Positions 18,878-29,195 are shown, numbered from the stretch's first letter. The stretch: 64,000 nt of DNA from an uncultured Candidatus Melainabacteria bacterium (GCA_934726055.1 CAKVCZ010000003.1:41324-105323), one strand, 5' to 3'. The notes: generated by a model not told the origin, from the letters alone. Translations and numbers: made by a program.

Positions 18878-20587
18878 ATGTCAACAAGTATAGATTATTT
18901 TGACTATATACGAATCAGTATAGCATCACCGGAAAGAATTTTAAAATGGTCATACGGTGAAGTTACAAAACCTGAAACTATCAACTACCGTACATTGAAA
19001 CCGGAAAGAGATGGTCTGTTCTGCGAAAGAATCTTTGGACCAACAAAAGACTGGGAATGTTATTGCGGTAAATATAAAAGAGTAAGACATAAAGGTATCA
19101 TTTGTGAACGTTGTGGTGTTGAAGTTACAGATTCAAAAGTACGTCGTCACAGAATGGGACACATAAAATTAGCTGCTCCTGTTTCTCACATTTGGTTCTT
19201 AAAAGGTATTCCTTCATATTTAGGTTTACTTTTAGATATGACATTAAAAGATTTGGAACAAGTAATTTACTTTAACAGTTATGTAGTTATTGATCCTGCT
19301 GATACAGAATTCAGAAAACTTCAACTATTAAATGAAGAAGAATATGAAGATTATTTAATGGAACATGAAGAAACTGAATTAAAAGTAGGTATCGGTGCAG
19401 AAGCAATTAAAGAATTACTTGGCGAAATTGATGTAAAAGCATTGGCAGAAGAAATCAGAAATGAATTGGCTGCGGGTGTAAATTCAGTTCAAAGAAAAGG
19501 TAAATTGATAAAACGTTTAAGATTATTAGATTCATTAATTTCAAGTGAAACAGATCCAACTTGGATGATAATGGATGTACTTCCTGTAACACCACCTGAT
19601 TTAAGACCTATGGTTCAATTAGATGGCGGACGTTTTGCTACATCTGACTTAAACGATTTATACAGACGTGTAATTAACAGAAACAACCGTTTACAAAGAC
19701 TATTAGAAATGGGTGCTCCTGAAATTATTGTAAGAAACGAAAAACGTATGTTACAAGAAGCAGTAGATGCTCTAATTGATAATGGTCGTCGTGGTAGAAC
19801 AGTTGTTGGTCCAAATAACAGACCATTAAAATCATTGTCTAACATCATTGAAGGTAAACAAGGTCGTTTCCGTCAAAACTTGTTAGGTAAACGTGTTGAC
19901 TATTCAGGTCGTTCAGTAATTGTAGTTGGTCCTACATTAGAATTGAACCAATGCGGTTTACCAAAAGAAATGGCAATTGAATTGTTCAAACCGTTTGTTG
20001 TAAACAAATTAATCGAACGTGGATATGTTCAAAATATCAAATCAGCTAAAAAGAAAATTGAACGTTCAGAAGCGGTTGTTTGGGATATTTTAGAAGAGGT
20101 AATTGATGGACATCCGGTAATGTTAAACCGTGCTCCTACTCTTCACAGACTTGGTATTCAAGCATTTGAACCAAAACTTGTTGAAGGACGTGCAATTCAA
20201 TTACATCCGTTGGTATGTACAGCATTCAACGCTGACTTTGATGGCGACCAAATGGCTGTTCACGTTCCATTGAGTATAGAAGCTCAAACAGAAGCAAGAA
20301 TGTTGATGTTAGCAACAAATAACATTTTGGCTCCTGCAACAGGTAAACCTATTATTACACCATCACAAGATATGGTTATGGGTATGTATTATTTAACACT
20401 TATTAAAGATGAAAATATGGTACCTACAAAATATTTCTACAATTTCCAAGATGCAATTGCTGCATTAGAAGCAAATGTTATCAAGTTACATGACAAAATT
20501 TATGTAAGAGATGAACATGGCAAACGTCTTGAAACAACAGCAGGTAGAATTATTTTTAACGAAGCAGTAAGAAACGCAATTTTATAG
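18878..20587 (+). CDS. rpoC1: DNA-directed RNA polymerase subunit gamma (N-terminal half of beta-prime)
   Basis: Zinc-binding CxCGK...CERCG, the catalytic [12 protein letters not shown] motif, then a stop after about 569 aa. The remainder of beta-prime is a separate downstream gene. Confidence 0.95.
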   Translation: MSTSIDYFDYIRISIASPERILKWSYGEVTKPETINYRTLKPERDGLFCERIFGPTKDWECYCGKYKRVRHKGIICERCGVEVTDSKVRRHRMGHIKLAAPVSHIWFLKGIPSYLGLLLDMTLKDLEQVIYFNSYVVIDPADTEFRKLQLLNEEEYEDYLMEHEETELKVGIGAEAIKELLGEIDVKALAEEIRNELAAGVNSVQRKGKLIKRLRLLDSLISSETDPTWMIMDVLPVTPPDLRPMVQLDGGRFATSDLNDLYRRVINRNNRLQRLLEMGAPEIIVRNEKRMLQEAVDALIDNGRRGRTVVGPNNRPLKSLSNIIEGKQGRFRQNLLGKRVDYSGRSVIVVGPTLELNQCGLPKEMAIELFKPFVVNKLIERGYVQNIKSAKKKIERSEAVVWDILEEVIDGHPVMLNRAPTLHRLGIQAFEPKLVEGRAIQLHPLVCTAFNADFDGDQMAVHVPLSIEAQTEARMLMLATNNILAPATGKPIITPSQDMVMGMYYLTLIKDENMVPTKYFYNFQDAIAALEANVIKLHDKIYVRDEHGKRLETTAGRIIFNEAVRNAIL

Positions 20588-20605
20588 TATAAGGGTGAAA
20601 TAATA

Positions 20606-23600
20606 ATGACAAATACATATACAACACAAAAGAAAACAATTGATTTCATTAATAAACAAATGGATAAGGGTGCATTAAAAAACTTACTTGCACAGATTTA
20701 TCTTGAATTTGGTGGTGCAAAAACAGCAACATTGGCAAATACCTTAAAAAATTTAGGATATCATTACGCTACAAAATCAGGTGTAACGATTTCTATTTCG
20801 GATTTGTCAGTTCCACCTATTAAACAACAATTATTGAAAGAGGCTGATGAGGAAATCGGAAAATCAACAAAGAGATACTTAAAAGGTGAAATTACCGAAG
20901 TAGAAAGATATACAAAGGTTATTGACACTTGGTCAGAAACAACAGCAAAATTAACAGAACAAGTAGTTAAAAACTTTGACAGATTGAATCCGGTATATAT
21001 GATGGCATTCTCAGGTGCCAGAGGTAATCTATCACAAGTATCACAATTGGTTGGTATGCGTGGTTTGATGGCTGATGCACAAGGTCAAATTATCGACTTG
21101 CCAATTCGTTCAAACTTTAAAGAAGGGCTTTCTTGTACAGAATACATTATTTCTTCATACGGTGCCCGTAAAGGTCTTGTAGATACAGCGTTGAAAACAG
21201 CCGACTCAGGATACTTAACAAGACGTTTAGTTGACGTTGCACAAGACGTTATTATTCGTGATGTAGATTGCCATGGTAAAAAACACATTATGTTAAAAGG
21301 TATCTATGATGGAGATACTTGTATTGTTCCTCTAATTGACAGATTGTTAGGTAGAACAATTGCTCAAGATATTCTTGATAAAGATGGCAATGTATTAATT
21401 GAATCAAATACAACATTAGATAGAAAAGATATCAAGAAAATTGAACGTTCAGGTATTGAATTAACAGAATTGGCTGTTCGTTCAGGTTTGACTTGTGAAT
21501 TAGAATATGGTATTTGCCAAAAATGTTATGGTTGGGCGATGACAACACAAAAATTAGTTGATGTTGGTGAGTCAATCGGTATTATCGCAGCTCAGTCAAT
21601 TGGTGAACCCGGAACACAATTAACAATGAGAACATTCCACACAGGTGGTGTATTCAAGGGTTCAGGTGCAATGAAACATATTATTGCTGATGAAGCAGGT
21701 GAAGTTGTTTCAGATGTAAAAACTCGTGAAGTTAGAACTCGTCATGGGGATGTTGTACAAATCCTTATTCTTGAATCTGACGTTGAAGTTAAAGGAGAAA
21801 AGAAATCAAAGAAATATCACATTCCTGCAGGTGCGATTATTTTATTCAAAAAAGGTCAAAAAATCGAAAAAGGTTTTGAACTTGCAGAATACGAACCTGT
21901 ATCACAAGGGGATGGTTCTCGTTTAACAGAAAAAGCAACAAAAGATATTACTTCAGATTTGTCTGGTGAAGTTGTATATAATGATTTTACAGCTGATGAA
22001 AAGAAAGATAGACAAGGTAATATTTCAAGAACAGCAAACAAGAGTGGCGTAGTATGGGTTCTAGGTGGTGATGTTTATAATCTACCTGGTGGCTCAAAAG
22101 TTCTTGTAAAAGATGAACAAACAATAAAAGAAGGTGAAAAATTAGCAGAAACTCTAACAATTTGCGAACATGGCGGTGAAGTTAGAGTTGGTGATGATTT
22201 AGAAATTGAAGAAGTAAAATTTGAAGGCAAGAAGATTAAAAAGATTGTTTCAGGTAAAGAATTAACAATTGTAATAGCTTCAATTTCTCCATCAAATGCT
22301 ACATTTGAACAAACTAAAAAAGAACAACTTTGGACAGTTGATAAGACAGGTGAAAAATATATTGTTAAATCTCCTGTTGATACAACTGTTGAAAACGGTA
22401 TGATTATTGCTGAATTAATCAGTGAAGATTGTACAGTTTCATCTTCAGGTGAAATTAAATATATTGATGTTGAAGTAGATGAAAATCAGATTATTACAAA
22501 AGCAGGTGATGTAGTATTTATTCCTGAAGAAGTTCATCAATTGAACAAGGAAGCTTCTTTAAAAATGGTTGAATCCGGCACACACGTTACTGCAGGTACT
22601 GAAGTTGTAAAAGACGTATATTGTCATTTAGACGGTATTGTTGAAATAAAAGAATATAACGATGTTATTCATGAAGTTACAATCAGACCTGGCGAAATTC
22701 ATCAACTTGCAAATGTTTCAGAATTAAAAGTTGAAGAAGGTGAAGTTGTTAAGAAAGGTACTTTAATTGCAGATGGAATTAAAGCAAAAGAAACTTCAAT
22801 TGTAACAATAATGGATTCAGAAATAGAAGATTTAGATATTGAAGATTTGGATGAAGAAATGGATTCATCTATGAATATTGATGAAGACAATATTGCAAAT
22901 CAGCCAATTCAAATCTTAGTAAGACCTGTTCAAGTTATTAAAGTTGAACAAAAAGATGTTTCAATTGATTTTAATACAACAGATGAGTTGATTGACATTG
23001 TACCTGTAACGCAATTGCAATATAAAGATGGTGCAAGAGTTAGAAACTTAGATGGTGCAACATTAATCAGAACAAGTTTGGTTCTTCAAATGCAAGGTTA
23101 CCTATCACACTTAAAAGGTATGGTAGAACTTGATGAAAAAGGTGCTTTGAAGATAGTTGTATTAGATAAGTTAATTGTTCGTCGTGAAATTGAATCAAAT
23201 TCAAAATTAAACGATTCATTGCAAACAGAATTGCTAGTAAAAAACGGTGAACAAATCGAACCGAAAACACCGGTTGCAAAAACTTGTGTATTAGCAATGA
23301 ATTCAGGTATTGCATCAATTAAAAATGAATCAGAAGAAGCAAGAAGATTGCAATTGATTTGTGAAAATAATAAATCAAAAGTTGCTATCAAATCAAAAGC
23401 AGTAGTAAAAGTTGGTCAATTCATAAAAGAAGACGATTTACTAACTGAAGGTGAAGACAGAGCTCCTGTTTCAGGTCAAGTGGTTGATGTTACAAAATCA
23501 GAAATTACAATCAGAAACGGCAGACCATATTTAATCAGTCCAGGTACAATGCTTCAGGTTGCAGCAGGTTCGTTGGTACAACGTGGTGATATGCTTGTTA

Positions 23601-24472
23601 CATTGGTTTATGAAAGACAAAAAACAGGTGATATCGTACAAGGTCTTCCAAGAGTTGAAGAGTTGTTAGAAGGTAGAAAACCAAAAGACTCTGCAATATT
23701 GGCAGAAGAAGATGGTATTGCTATCATTGAAACTGATGATGATATGCCAAGATTGTACTTGCAAACAGAAGATAATTCAAAAACAGAAATTAAATTTGCA
23801 ATTGATGCAAATATAGTTGTTCAAAACGGACAAAAAATTAAAAAAGGTCAACCATTAACAAGTGGTCCTTTAAATCCTCATGATGTTATGAGATTATGTG
23901 GTCCGGAAGTTGCACAACAATATTTAGTAGATGAAGTACAAAGAGTATATCGTTCTCAAGGTGTAGAAATTGCCGATAAACACGTAGAAATTATCGTAAG
24001 ACAAATGACTAAAAAAGTTAAAGTTGTTGATGCAGGCGATACAAATCTGTTACCTGGAGAATTGATAGAAGTACAAATCTTTGAAAAAGAAAATGAGGCA
24101 GTAGCTGCAAATGGTGGGCAACTTGCAACATGTGAATATATGTTGTTAGGTATTACGAAAGCATCATTAAATACTGAATCATTTATTTCAGCTGCATCAT
24201 TCCAAGAAACAACAAGAATTCTTACAGAAGCAGCAGTAGATGGTAAAAAAGACTTGTTAAGAGGTTTGAAAGAAAACGTTATTATTGGTCGTTTAATTCC
24301 TGCAGGTACAGGTTACTATCACTTGACTCATGCAAATGAAGAAAGAGATAAAGAAGCTCAAAGACGTGCAGCACAAAGAAACCAAGCAAGAAAACCATCT
24401 GCTATTTTGGAAGAAATTGAAGGAATGTTTGGTGCTCCTGAATTTTCAATTGATGATGAGATAATTGGTTAA
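20606..24472 (+). CDS. rpoC2: DNA-directed RNA polymerase subunit beta-prime (C-terminal half, with a large lineage-type insertion)
   Basis: Own ATG 18 nt after the rpoC1 stop. Contains the bridge-helix/trigger-loop regions (GARKGLVDTALKTADSGYLTRRLVDV, GEPGTQLTMRTFHTGG) and conserved C-terminal blocks (SFISAASFQETTRILTEAA). The 1288-aa length implies a long internal insertion. Confidence 0.95.
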   Translation: MTNTYTTQKKTIDFINKQMDKGALKNLLAQIYLEFGGAKTATLANTLKNLGYHYATKSGVTISISDLSVPPIKQQLLKEADEEIGKSTKRYLKGEITEVERYTKVIDTWSETTAKLTEQVVKNFDRLNPVYMMAFSGARGNLSQVSQLVGMRGLMADAQGQIIDLPIRSNFKEGLSCTEYIISSYGARKGLVDTALKTADSGYLTRRLVDVAQDVIIRDVDCHGKKHIMLKGIYDGDTCIVPLIDRLLGRTIAQDILDKDGNVLIESNTTLDRKDIKKIERSGIELTELAVRSGLTCELEYGICQKCYGWAMTTQKLVDVGESIGIIAAQSIGEPGTQLTMRTFHTGGVFKGSGAMKHIIADEAGEVVSDVKTREVRTRHGDVVQILILESDVEVKGEKKSKKYHIPAGAIILFKKGQKIEKGFELAEYEPVSQGDGSRLTEKATKDITSDLSGEVVYNDFTADEKKDRQGNISRTANKSGVVWVLGGDVYNLPGGSKVLVKDEQTIKEGEKLAETLTICEHGGEVRVGDDLEIEEVKFEGKKIKKIVSGKELTIVIASISPSNATFEQTKKEQLWTVDKTGEKYIVKSPVDTTVENGMIIAELISEDCTVSSSGEIKYIDVEVDENQIITKAGDVVFIPEEVHQLNKEASLKMVESGTHVTAGTEVVKDVYCHLDGIVEIKEYNDVIHEVTIRPGEIHQLANVSELKVEEGEVVKKGTLIADGIKAKETSIVTIMDSEIEDLDIEDLDEEMDSSMNIDEDNIANQPIQILVRPVQVIKVEQKDVSIDFNTTDELIDIVPVTQLQYKDGARVRNLDGATLIRTSLVLQMQGYLSHLKGMVELDEKGALKIVVLDKLIVRREIESNSKLNDSLQTELLVKNGEQIEPKTPVAKTCVLAMNSGIASIKNESEEARRLQLICENNKSKVAIKSKAVVKVGQFIKEDDLLTEGEDRAPVSGQVVDVTKSEITIRNGRPYLISPGTMLQVAAGSLVQRGDMLVTLVYERQKTGDIVQGLPRVEELLEGRKPKDSAILAEEDGIAIIETDDDMPRLYLQTEDNSKTEIKFAIDANIVVQNGQKIKKGQPLTSGPLNPHDVMRLCGPEVAQQYLVDEVQRVYRSQGVEIADKHVEIIVRQMTKKVKVVDAGDTNLLPGELIEVQIFEKENEAVAANGGQLATCEYMLLGITKASLNTESFISAASFQETTRILTEAAVDGKKDLLRGLKENVIIGRLIPAGTGYYHLTHANEERDKEAQRRAAQRNQARKPSAILEEIEGMFGAPEFSIDDEIIG

Positions 24473-24496
24473 TTAATTGAAAATTAACAAATAAAA

Positions 24497-24533
24497 ATAA
24501 AAAACGGTAATCGTATATGATTACCGTTTTTTT
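24497..24533. terminator. bidirectional rho-independent terminator between rpoC2 and the convergent acyltransferase gene
   Basis: Stem cggtaatc (24505-24512) / gattaccg (24519-24526), 6-nt loop, T7 run at 24527-24533 and an A run on the 5' side. Confidence 0.8.
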
Positions 24534-24547
24534 ATAATAAAAATTTT

Positions 24548-25360
24548 TTAAACTCCTGAACCAGGAATATCAATTTTTTTCAAACGTTGTTCTATTTTTC
24601 GGTACCATTTTAAATGTTGTTGAAATAGAGTCTCATAATCATCCAATTTACCTTCAGAAATATCTTTGAATTGTTTATCACAAGCTTGAGTCATAACATT
24701 TTCAAGAAAATGAGTGTATTCCTTTCTATCAACATTTTCGTTATTTAATTCAATAACGTCATTGAATTCAACTAAAACTTCAGGTCTGTCAGCTCTTAGG
24801 AACATATAATTTACAGCAACAGGAACCAAATTAACTTTTCCATATTTTTTTACAGCTTTTTGTGCAATATAAGTAAGTCCGGTTTGGAAATTAATCGGTC
24901 TGTAATTAGGTGGCATAATTATACCTTGTGGAAAAATATATAAAAAGTTATTTAAATCTCCAATAGTTTCGACAGAAAATTTTAATGCGGCCATTGAGGC
25001 TTGAGGGGATTTTTTATTAACAGAATAAGCACCGGCTCTTCTTAAAAGAGGGAATCTGTTCAATTCTTCAACCATAATACGGATTTTTTTGTTAAAAAGT
25101 CGTGTGCAAAGATTATAACCTACAATTCCATCCCACCAATTAGAATGAGGTGCAAATAAAATTGTTGGAACTGAGGTATCTCTATGGAATACTTTTTCAG
25201 CACCTTTATAACGAAGGGCAAAAAACCTATTTTGAAGCATTCCTCTAAAAAATAAATCTGCAATAAAAGTCCAAAATTTAGAATCTGTATTTGCAGGACT
25301 AAATTTTTCTTCTTTATTCCTTAATTTTGTTGGAGGTACTTTTGAATATAAATGTTCCAT
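24548..25360 (-). CDS. lysophospholipid (1-acyl-sn-glycerol-3-phosphate) acyltransferase-family protein
   Basis: HX4D acyltransferase motif (APHSNWWDG) and a downstream FPQG block. Confidence 0.7.
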   Translation of the reverse strand: MEHLYSKVPPTKLRNKEEKFSPANTDSKFWTFIADLFFRGMLQNRFFALRYKGAEKVFHRDTSVPTILFAPHSNWWDGIVGYNLCTRLFNKKIRIMVEELNRFPLLRRAGAYSVNKKSPQASMAALKFSVETIGDLNNFLYIFPQGIIMPPNYRPINFQTGLTYIAQKAVKKYGKVNLVPVAVNYMFLRADRPEVLVEFNDVIELNNENVDRKEYTHFLENVMTQACDKQFKDISEGKLDDYETLFQQHLKWYRKIEQRLKKIDIPGSGV

Positions 25361-25650
25361 ATTTTCATTATATCATTTATATAAAATTATTGTCTTTAAA
25401 ATAACAAAAATTAAAACATCTTAACACAAGATTGACGAAAGAGAATGTTTATCATAGCATGAATTCAGAGGAAATGAAGTGAACATCTTCAACTGTGCCG
25501 CAGCCGTAAAAGTCGGAATACTCCTGAATAACTGGAAGATTATTCATTTAAACTTATCGCCGGACTTCGGATTCAGAGTTTAGGCTTGTTTATCAGATAA
25601 ATAAAAACTATACCCTAAGATAAGTTTACTAGCTAAGAAATAAAGGATGT

Positions 25651-26376
25651 GTGTACCTAATGGTATCAGGTGTACAAAATAATAGTAAAGTAGGTGGCGG
25701 ATTATGCCCACATGGCTTACCTCCAAGTGCTTGCCCGATTTGTTCAGGCGGAATGGGCGGTGCTGCAAAAAAAGCTGATTTTTCTGCAAAACCGGGCGAA
25801 ATGAGTTGGAATGAGTGTGCAGCAATAGGTGCAATGATGCGAGCTGCAAAACTACGAAAACAAATGAATGCTCAGGCACAAGAAAATCGGATGCTCCAAA
25901 TTGCAAAATTTGAAAGTACAATGATGAATGTATCGCAAAGACTTGCACAAATTGCAGCAAATATTGCAAATAATATGCCATCTGCGATTGCAAAACCTAT
26001 GAATTTTGTAATTAATAAAATGATTCTTCCGATAGTTAATAATTTGAAAAATGTTCCTGCAAATATTATGAAAGCAATGGATAATTTGAAACAAAAGCTG
26101 TTTGATATTCAAGATAAATTAAATGCTGTTTTTGGAGAATTGAAAAATTCTGTGGAAAAGAAAATATCAGATGCGTTTACAAATTTAAAGAAAAAAATAA
26201 GAACATTATTCCACGTGGAAGAATCAGCTGAAACAACTGATGATGAAAAGAAAGTAGAAGAAGATAAGCGAGCATTTGAAGTAAAAACGTTTATTAATGA
26301 TTTATATAATAAGATAACAAAAACTTTTCAGTTTTTTGATGAAGCCAAGAAGAAAGAAATGGAAAAAGACAATTAA
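25651..26376 (+). CDS. hypothetical protein with an N-terminal Cys motif and a long helical region
   Basis: ORF-track GTG at 25651; an in-frame ATG at 25660 lies 12 nt after AGGA and may be the real start. Contains CPHGLPPSACPICSGG followed by a low-complexity helical sequence. I recognise no family. Confidence 0.6.
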   Translation: MYLMVSGVQNNSKVGGGLCPHGLPPSACPICSGGMGGAAKKADFSAKPGEMSWNECAAIGAMMRAAKLRKQMNAQAQENRMLQIAKFESTMMNVSQRLAQIAANIANNMPSAIAKPMNFVINKMILPIVNNLKNVPANIMKAMDNLKQKLFDIQDKLNAVFGELKNSVEKKISDAFTNLKKKIRTLFHVEESAETTDDEKKVEEDKRAFEVKTFINDLYNKITKTFQFFDEAKKKEMEKDN

Positions 26377-26879
26377 TGCAGTTGGACAAGATTAAAAACC
26401 CTCTAACAAAGTTAATATTAGTTGATTGTATTGGTTACAAAAAGGCAGAAATGCCAAAACCAAACAGACCATATTGTCTTTTTGACATGGATAAAGTAGA
26501 TGTTTTTGTAAAAAATGGCGAAAGAGCATTACCAAAGTTATCAAAAATGTTAAACAATGCAAAAACAGAAGAAGAAGTTGTAGAAGGCTTGTATATAGCA
26601 GACAGAATGATAGATGGTGGTGTTAAAACTATGGGAAATCTATATTCATCTGTTTTTTCAAGATTTAATGAATCAAGATCAGCTAATGTTCAAACTTTTT
26701 TATCTGGAATTTATAGAAAAACCTTGAATCCAAACGCATTTGGACCATTAGTAAAAATGTTATGCAATAATTTTTTAGATCCGCCAAAATCTAATTTTGA
26801 TCCAAACGAAGAAGTTGGTGGTGCTGTAATTGAATATATTAGAGATGCAGTAAAACAAAGTAAAGTAAGTGAAAATTAA
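26376..26879 (+). CDS. hypothetical protein, paralogue A of a tandem pair
   Basis: The start overlaps the stop of the upstream gene (TAATG). Shares a roughly 130-aa block with the next gene (PYCxFDMDKV...MLNNAKTEEE...FGPLxKML...FDPNE..GGAxIE). Confidence 0.7.
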   Translation: MQLDKIKNPLTKLILVDCIGYKKAEMPKPNRPYCLFDMDKVDVFVKNGERALPKLSKMLNNAKTEEEVVEGLYIADRMIDGGVKTMGNLYSSVFSRFNESRSANVQTFLSGIYRKTLNPNAFGPLVKMLCNNFLDPPKSNFDPNEEVGGAVIEYIRDAVKQSKVSEN

Positions 26880-26902
26880 TATATAAGGGGAAGGAAGACA
26901 AA

Positions 26903-27511
26903 ATGAAATTACAAAAAATTGTAAGTCCAATCACAAGAGTAATGTTTAAATCAGCCGAAGAAGTTCAAAAAGCTCCTGTTGAAGCTGTACAAAAAATTGG
27001 CGAAGGTTTGAACCAACCAACAAAAGATGAATTTGTAAAAGAAGATAAACCTTTTGAATTACCAAAGGATGTAGAGTTCAAAAAAACAGTTTTAGCAACA
27101 AAAGAAAAACCATACTGTCAATTTGATATGGATAAAGTAAAATTATTTGTTGATGCAAAAGAAAAAGCTATTCCTGCAATAACAGAAATGTTAAACAATG
27201 CCAAAACCGAAGAAGAAAAAACAGAAGGTTTATTTATTGCAAATGAAATGATTGCCGCAGGAACAAAAGGTATGGATAAAATGTATTATGGTACATTTTC
27301 AAAATTTAATGAAGATCGTTCTCCAAATGTTCAATCTATGTTATCAGGTGTTTATAGAAGAATTTTAGTGCCTGATGCATTTGGCCCGTTAATTAAAATG
27401 TTAATTACAAATATTCTTGTTCCACAAAAAGATGCACCGTTTGATCCAAATGAATCAATAGGTGGTGCTATAATCGAACACATTAAAGCCCCTGAGATTC
27501 ATCCTCTTTAG
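26903..27511 (+). CDS. hypothetical protein, paralogue B of a tandem pair
   Basis: GGGGAAGGA upstream of the ATG. Same conserved block as 26376-26879, with an extra N-terminal extension of about 60 aa. Confidence 0.7.
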   Translation: MKLQKIVSPITRVMFKSAEEVQKAPVEAVQKIGEGLNQPTKDEFVKEDKPFELPKDVEFKKTVLATKEKPYCQFDMDKVKLFVDAKEKAIPAITEMLNNAKTEEEKTEGLFIANEMIAAGTKGMDKMYYGTFSKFNEDRSPNVQSMLSGVYRRILVPDAFGPLIKMLITNILVPQKDAPFDPNESIGGAIIEHIKAPEIHPL

Positions 27512-29195
27512 ATAACATTTCAATGTTTTGTTGAACATTTTTAAAATCATAATCGATGCTTTCAATTTCTTTATACAAGTTGAGAGCATCTTTTTTGTTA
27601 CCTTGTTTTTCTAAAATTAAAGCAAGTTGATATTTTGCATCAAGATGTTTAGGGTTTAGTGCAACAATTTTTTCTAATAATTTTATTTCAGCAGAAGTAT
27701 TATTTTGGGAGTTATGTAGAAGTGCAAGTTTATACATAGCTTCTTCATTCTTTTCATCTGTATTTACTGCATGCATAAGAGCATCTTTTTGTTCATAAGA
27801 ATTTCCTAATGCTTCATAACAGTTAGCAACAGCAAGATAATACTTTGAAACATTAGGTTTTAAGCTAATAGCTTTTTTGAACTGTAAAATAGCTTCATTA
27901 TAATTTTTGATAAAAGCGTTAACCTGTCCAAGTTCATAGAACACTTCAGCATTTGTATTATCATATTGAATAGCCAGTGCAAAAATCTTAAAACAATCAT
28001 CCATTTCATTTTTGTCAAATAAATGTTTTGCCCATTTTACAAAAACATTGCTCATTTCAGTATGTATTTCATTAACGTCAAGCGGGTTAACCAAATCAAT
28101 AATTTCTTTGTATAAATCTATTGCAGGCATGAAATTTTTGTTATTGATATAGGTGTTAATCATAATACGTTTTATGTCGATATTTTCCTTGTTTGTTTCA
28201 GACAATTCTTTTAATAAAGTCATGCCTTCTTCTTCCTGTCCACTTGCAATAAGAACTTTTGCAATTTCCATTTTTGTTTTAATTTTGTCAGAGAAAGGAT
28301 GTTCTAAAAGCATCTTGTAGTAATACATTGCTTTATCATAGTCTTTTGTTTGTGTGCAAAGTTGTACGATATGATTTAACAACCAAATGCTTAAACTGTT
28401 ATTTTCATTTACTTCAAGTAATTTTTCACAATGTTCAATTGCACTTGCATAATTTTGAACATTAATGCAAAGTTCAATAAGCTTTTTGTTTGTTTCCGTA
28501 TCTTCAGGATATACTTCTAATATGTTGTTAAGTTCTTCAAAAGCTTCATTATAATTTTCCAATTCAATTTGTAAATCTGCAATTTTTGTTCTTATTTCTT
28601 GTAATTCTTGATTATTTTCAGTTAACAAGGATAGTTGTTTAAGTAACTTCACAGCAGAAATTTTTTGATTTGTTTCAAGATAAATGTCGCTTAGTTCTCT
28701 GACTGCAACGATATTTTCATTATCATTTCTTATAATATCTTGTAATTCTGTGATAGCTTTTGAATATTGGTTAACTTTTTTGTAACATCTTGCAAGTAAT
28801 AATTTTACATCAGGATTGTTTTCACTTTTGGCAAGAGTATTGTTACCTTCTTTAATTGCTTCGTATATGTTATCGTTTGCGTATAGCGTTTTTGCAAGTA
28901 AAAATCTAAGCTCGCTATGATCAGGTTTTACTTCTAAATATCTTCTGCAAAGTTTTTCAACAAGTTTATATTTTTTTTGTTTAAATAGCAGGTTTGCTTG
29001 TTCAAGGATGTCATCTTTTGAAATTTGTAATTCTTTTTTGGGTTCTTTTTTATTATTATCCATAATTAAAAGAACAATGTAAATAATATGAATCAAAGCT
29101 ATTGCTGCGATAACTGCTATTAGAAAAACAAAAAAGTTGGTATTCATATAAATCCTTTTACTTCTTAATCCTATCCTTGGAGTAAATTTTTTCAA
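27483..29195 (-). CDS. TPR-repeat protein with N-terminal membrane anchor
   Basis: One hydrophobic helix (FFVFLIAVIAAIALIHIIYIVLLI) followed by many 34-residue TPR-like repeats (A..Y..A/L...P pattern). An alternative start MNTNFF is possible. Confidence 0.75.
   Translation of the reverse strand: MKKFTPRIGLRSKRIYMNTNFFVFLIAVIAAIALIHIIYIVLLIMDNNKKEPKKELQISKDDILEQANLLFKQKKYKLVEKLCRRYLEVKPDHSELRFLLAKTLYANDNIYEAIKEGNNTLAKSENNPDVKLLLARCYKKVNQYSKAITELQDIIRNDNENIVAVRELSDIYLETNQKISAVKLLKQLSLLTENNQELQEIRTKIADLQIELENYNEAFEELNNILEVYPEDTETNKKLIELCINVQNYASAIEHCEKLLEVNENNSLSIWLLNHIVQLCTQTKDYDKAMYYYKMLLEHPFSDKIKTKMEIAKVLIASGQEEEGMTLLKELSETNKENIDIKRIMINTYINNKNFMPAIDLYKEIIDLVNPLDVNEIHTEMSNVFVKWAKHLFDKNEMDDCFKIFALAIQYDNTNAEVFYELGQVNAFIKNYNEAILQFKKAISLKPNVSKYYLAVANCYEALGNSYEQKDALMHAVNTDEKNEEAMYKLALLHNSQNNTSAEIKLLEKIVALNPKHLDAKYQLALILEKQGNKKDALNLYKEIESIDYDFKNVQQNIEMLSKEDESQGL

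Noticed and set aside
18878-24472. The rpoC1/rpoC2 split could be a frameshifted or pseudogenised rpoC.
   Set aside because: rpoC1 ends with a clean stop after a complete N-terminal half. rpoC2 begins 18 nt later with its own ATG. Both halves are intact along their length, and the break point corresponds to the natural cyanobacterial/plastid split.
25461-25480. An RNase P RNA, suggested by the gaggaaat segment resembling the CR-I GAGGAAAGUCC motif.
   Set aside because: The match is only 7-8 nt and the GUCCGGG continuation is absent. The GC-rich region is about 150 nt, far too short, and the other conserved RNase P regions are missing.
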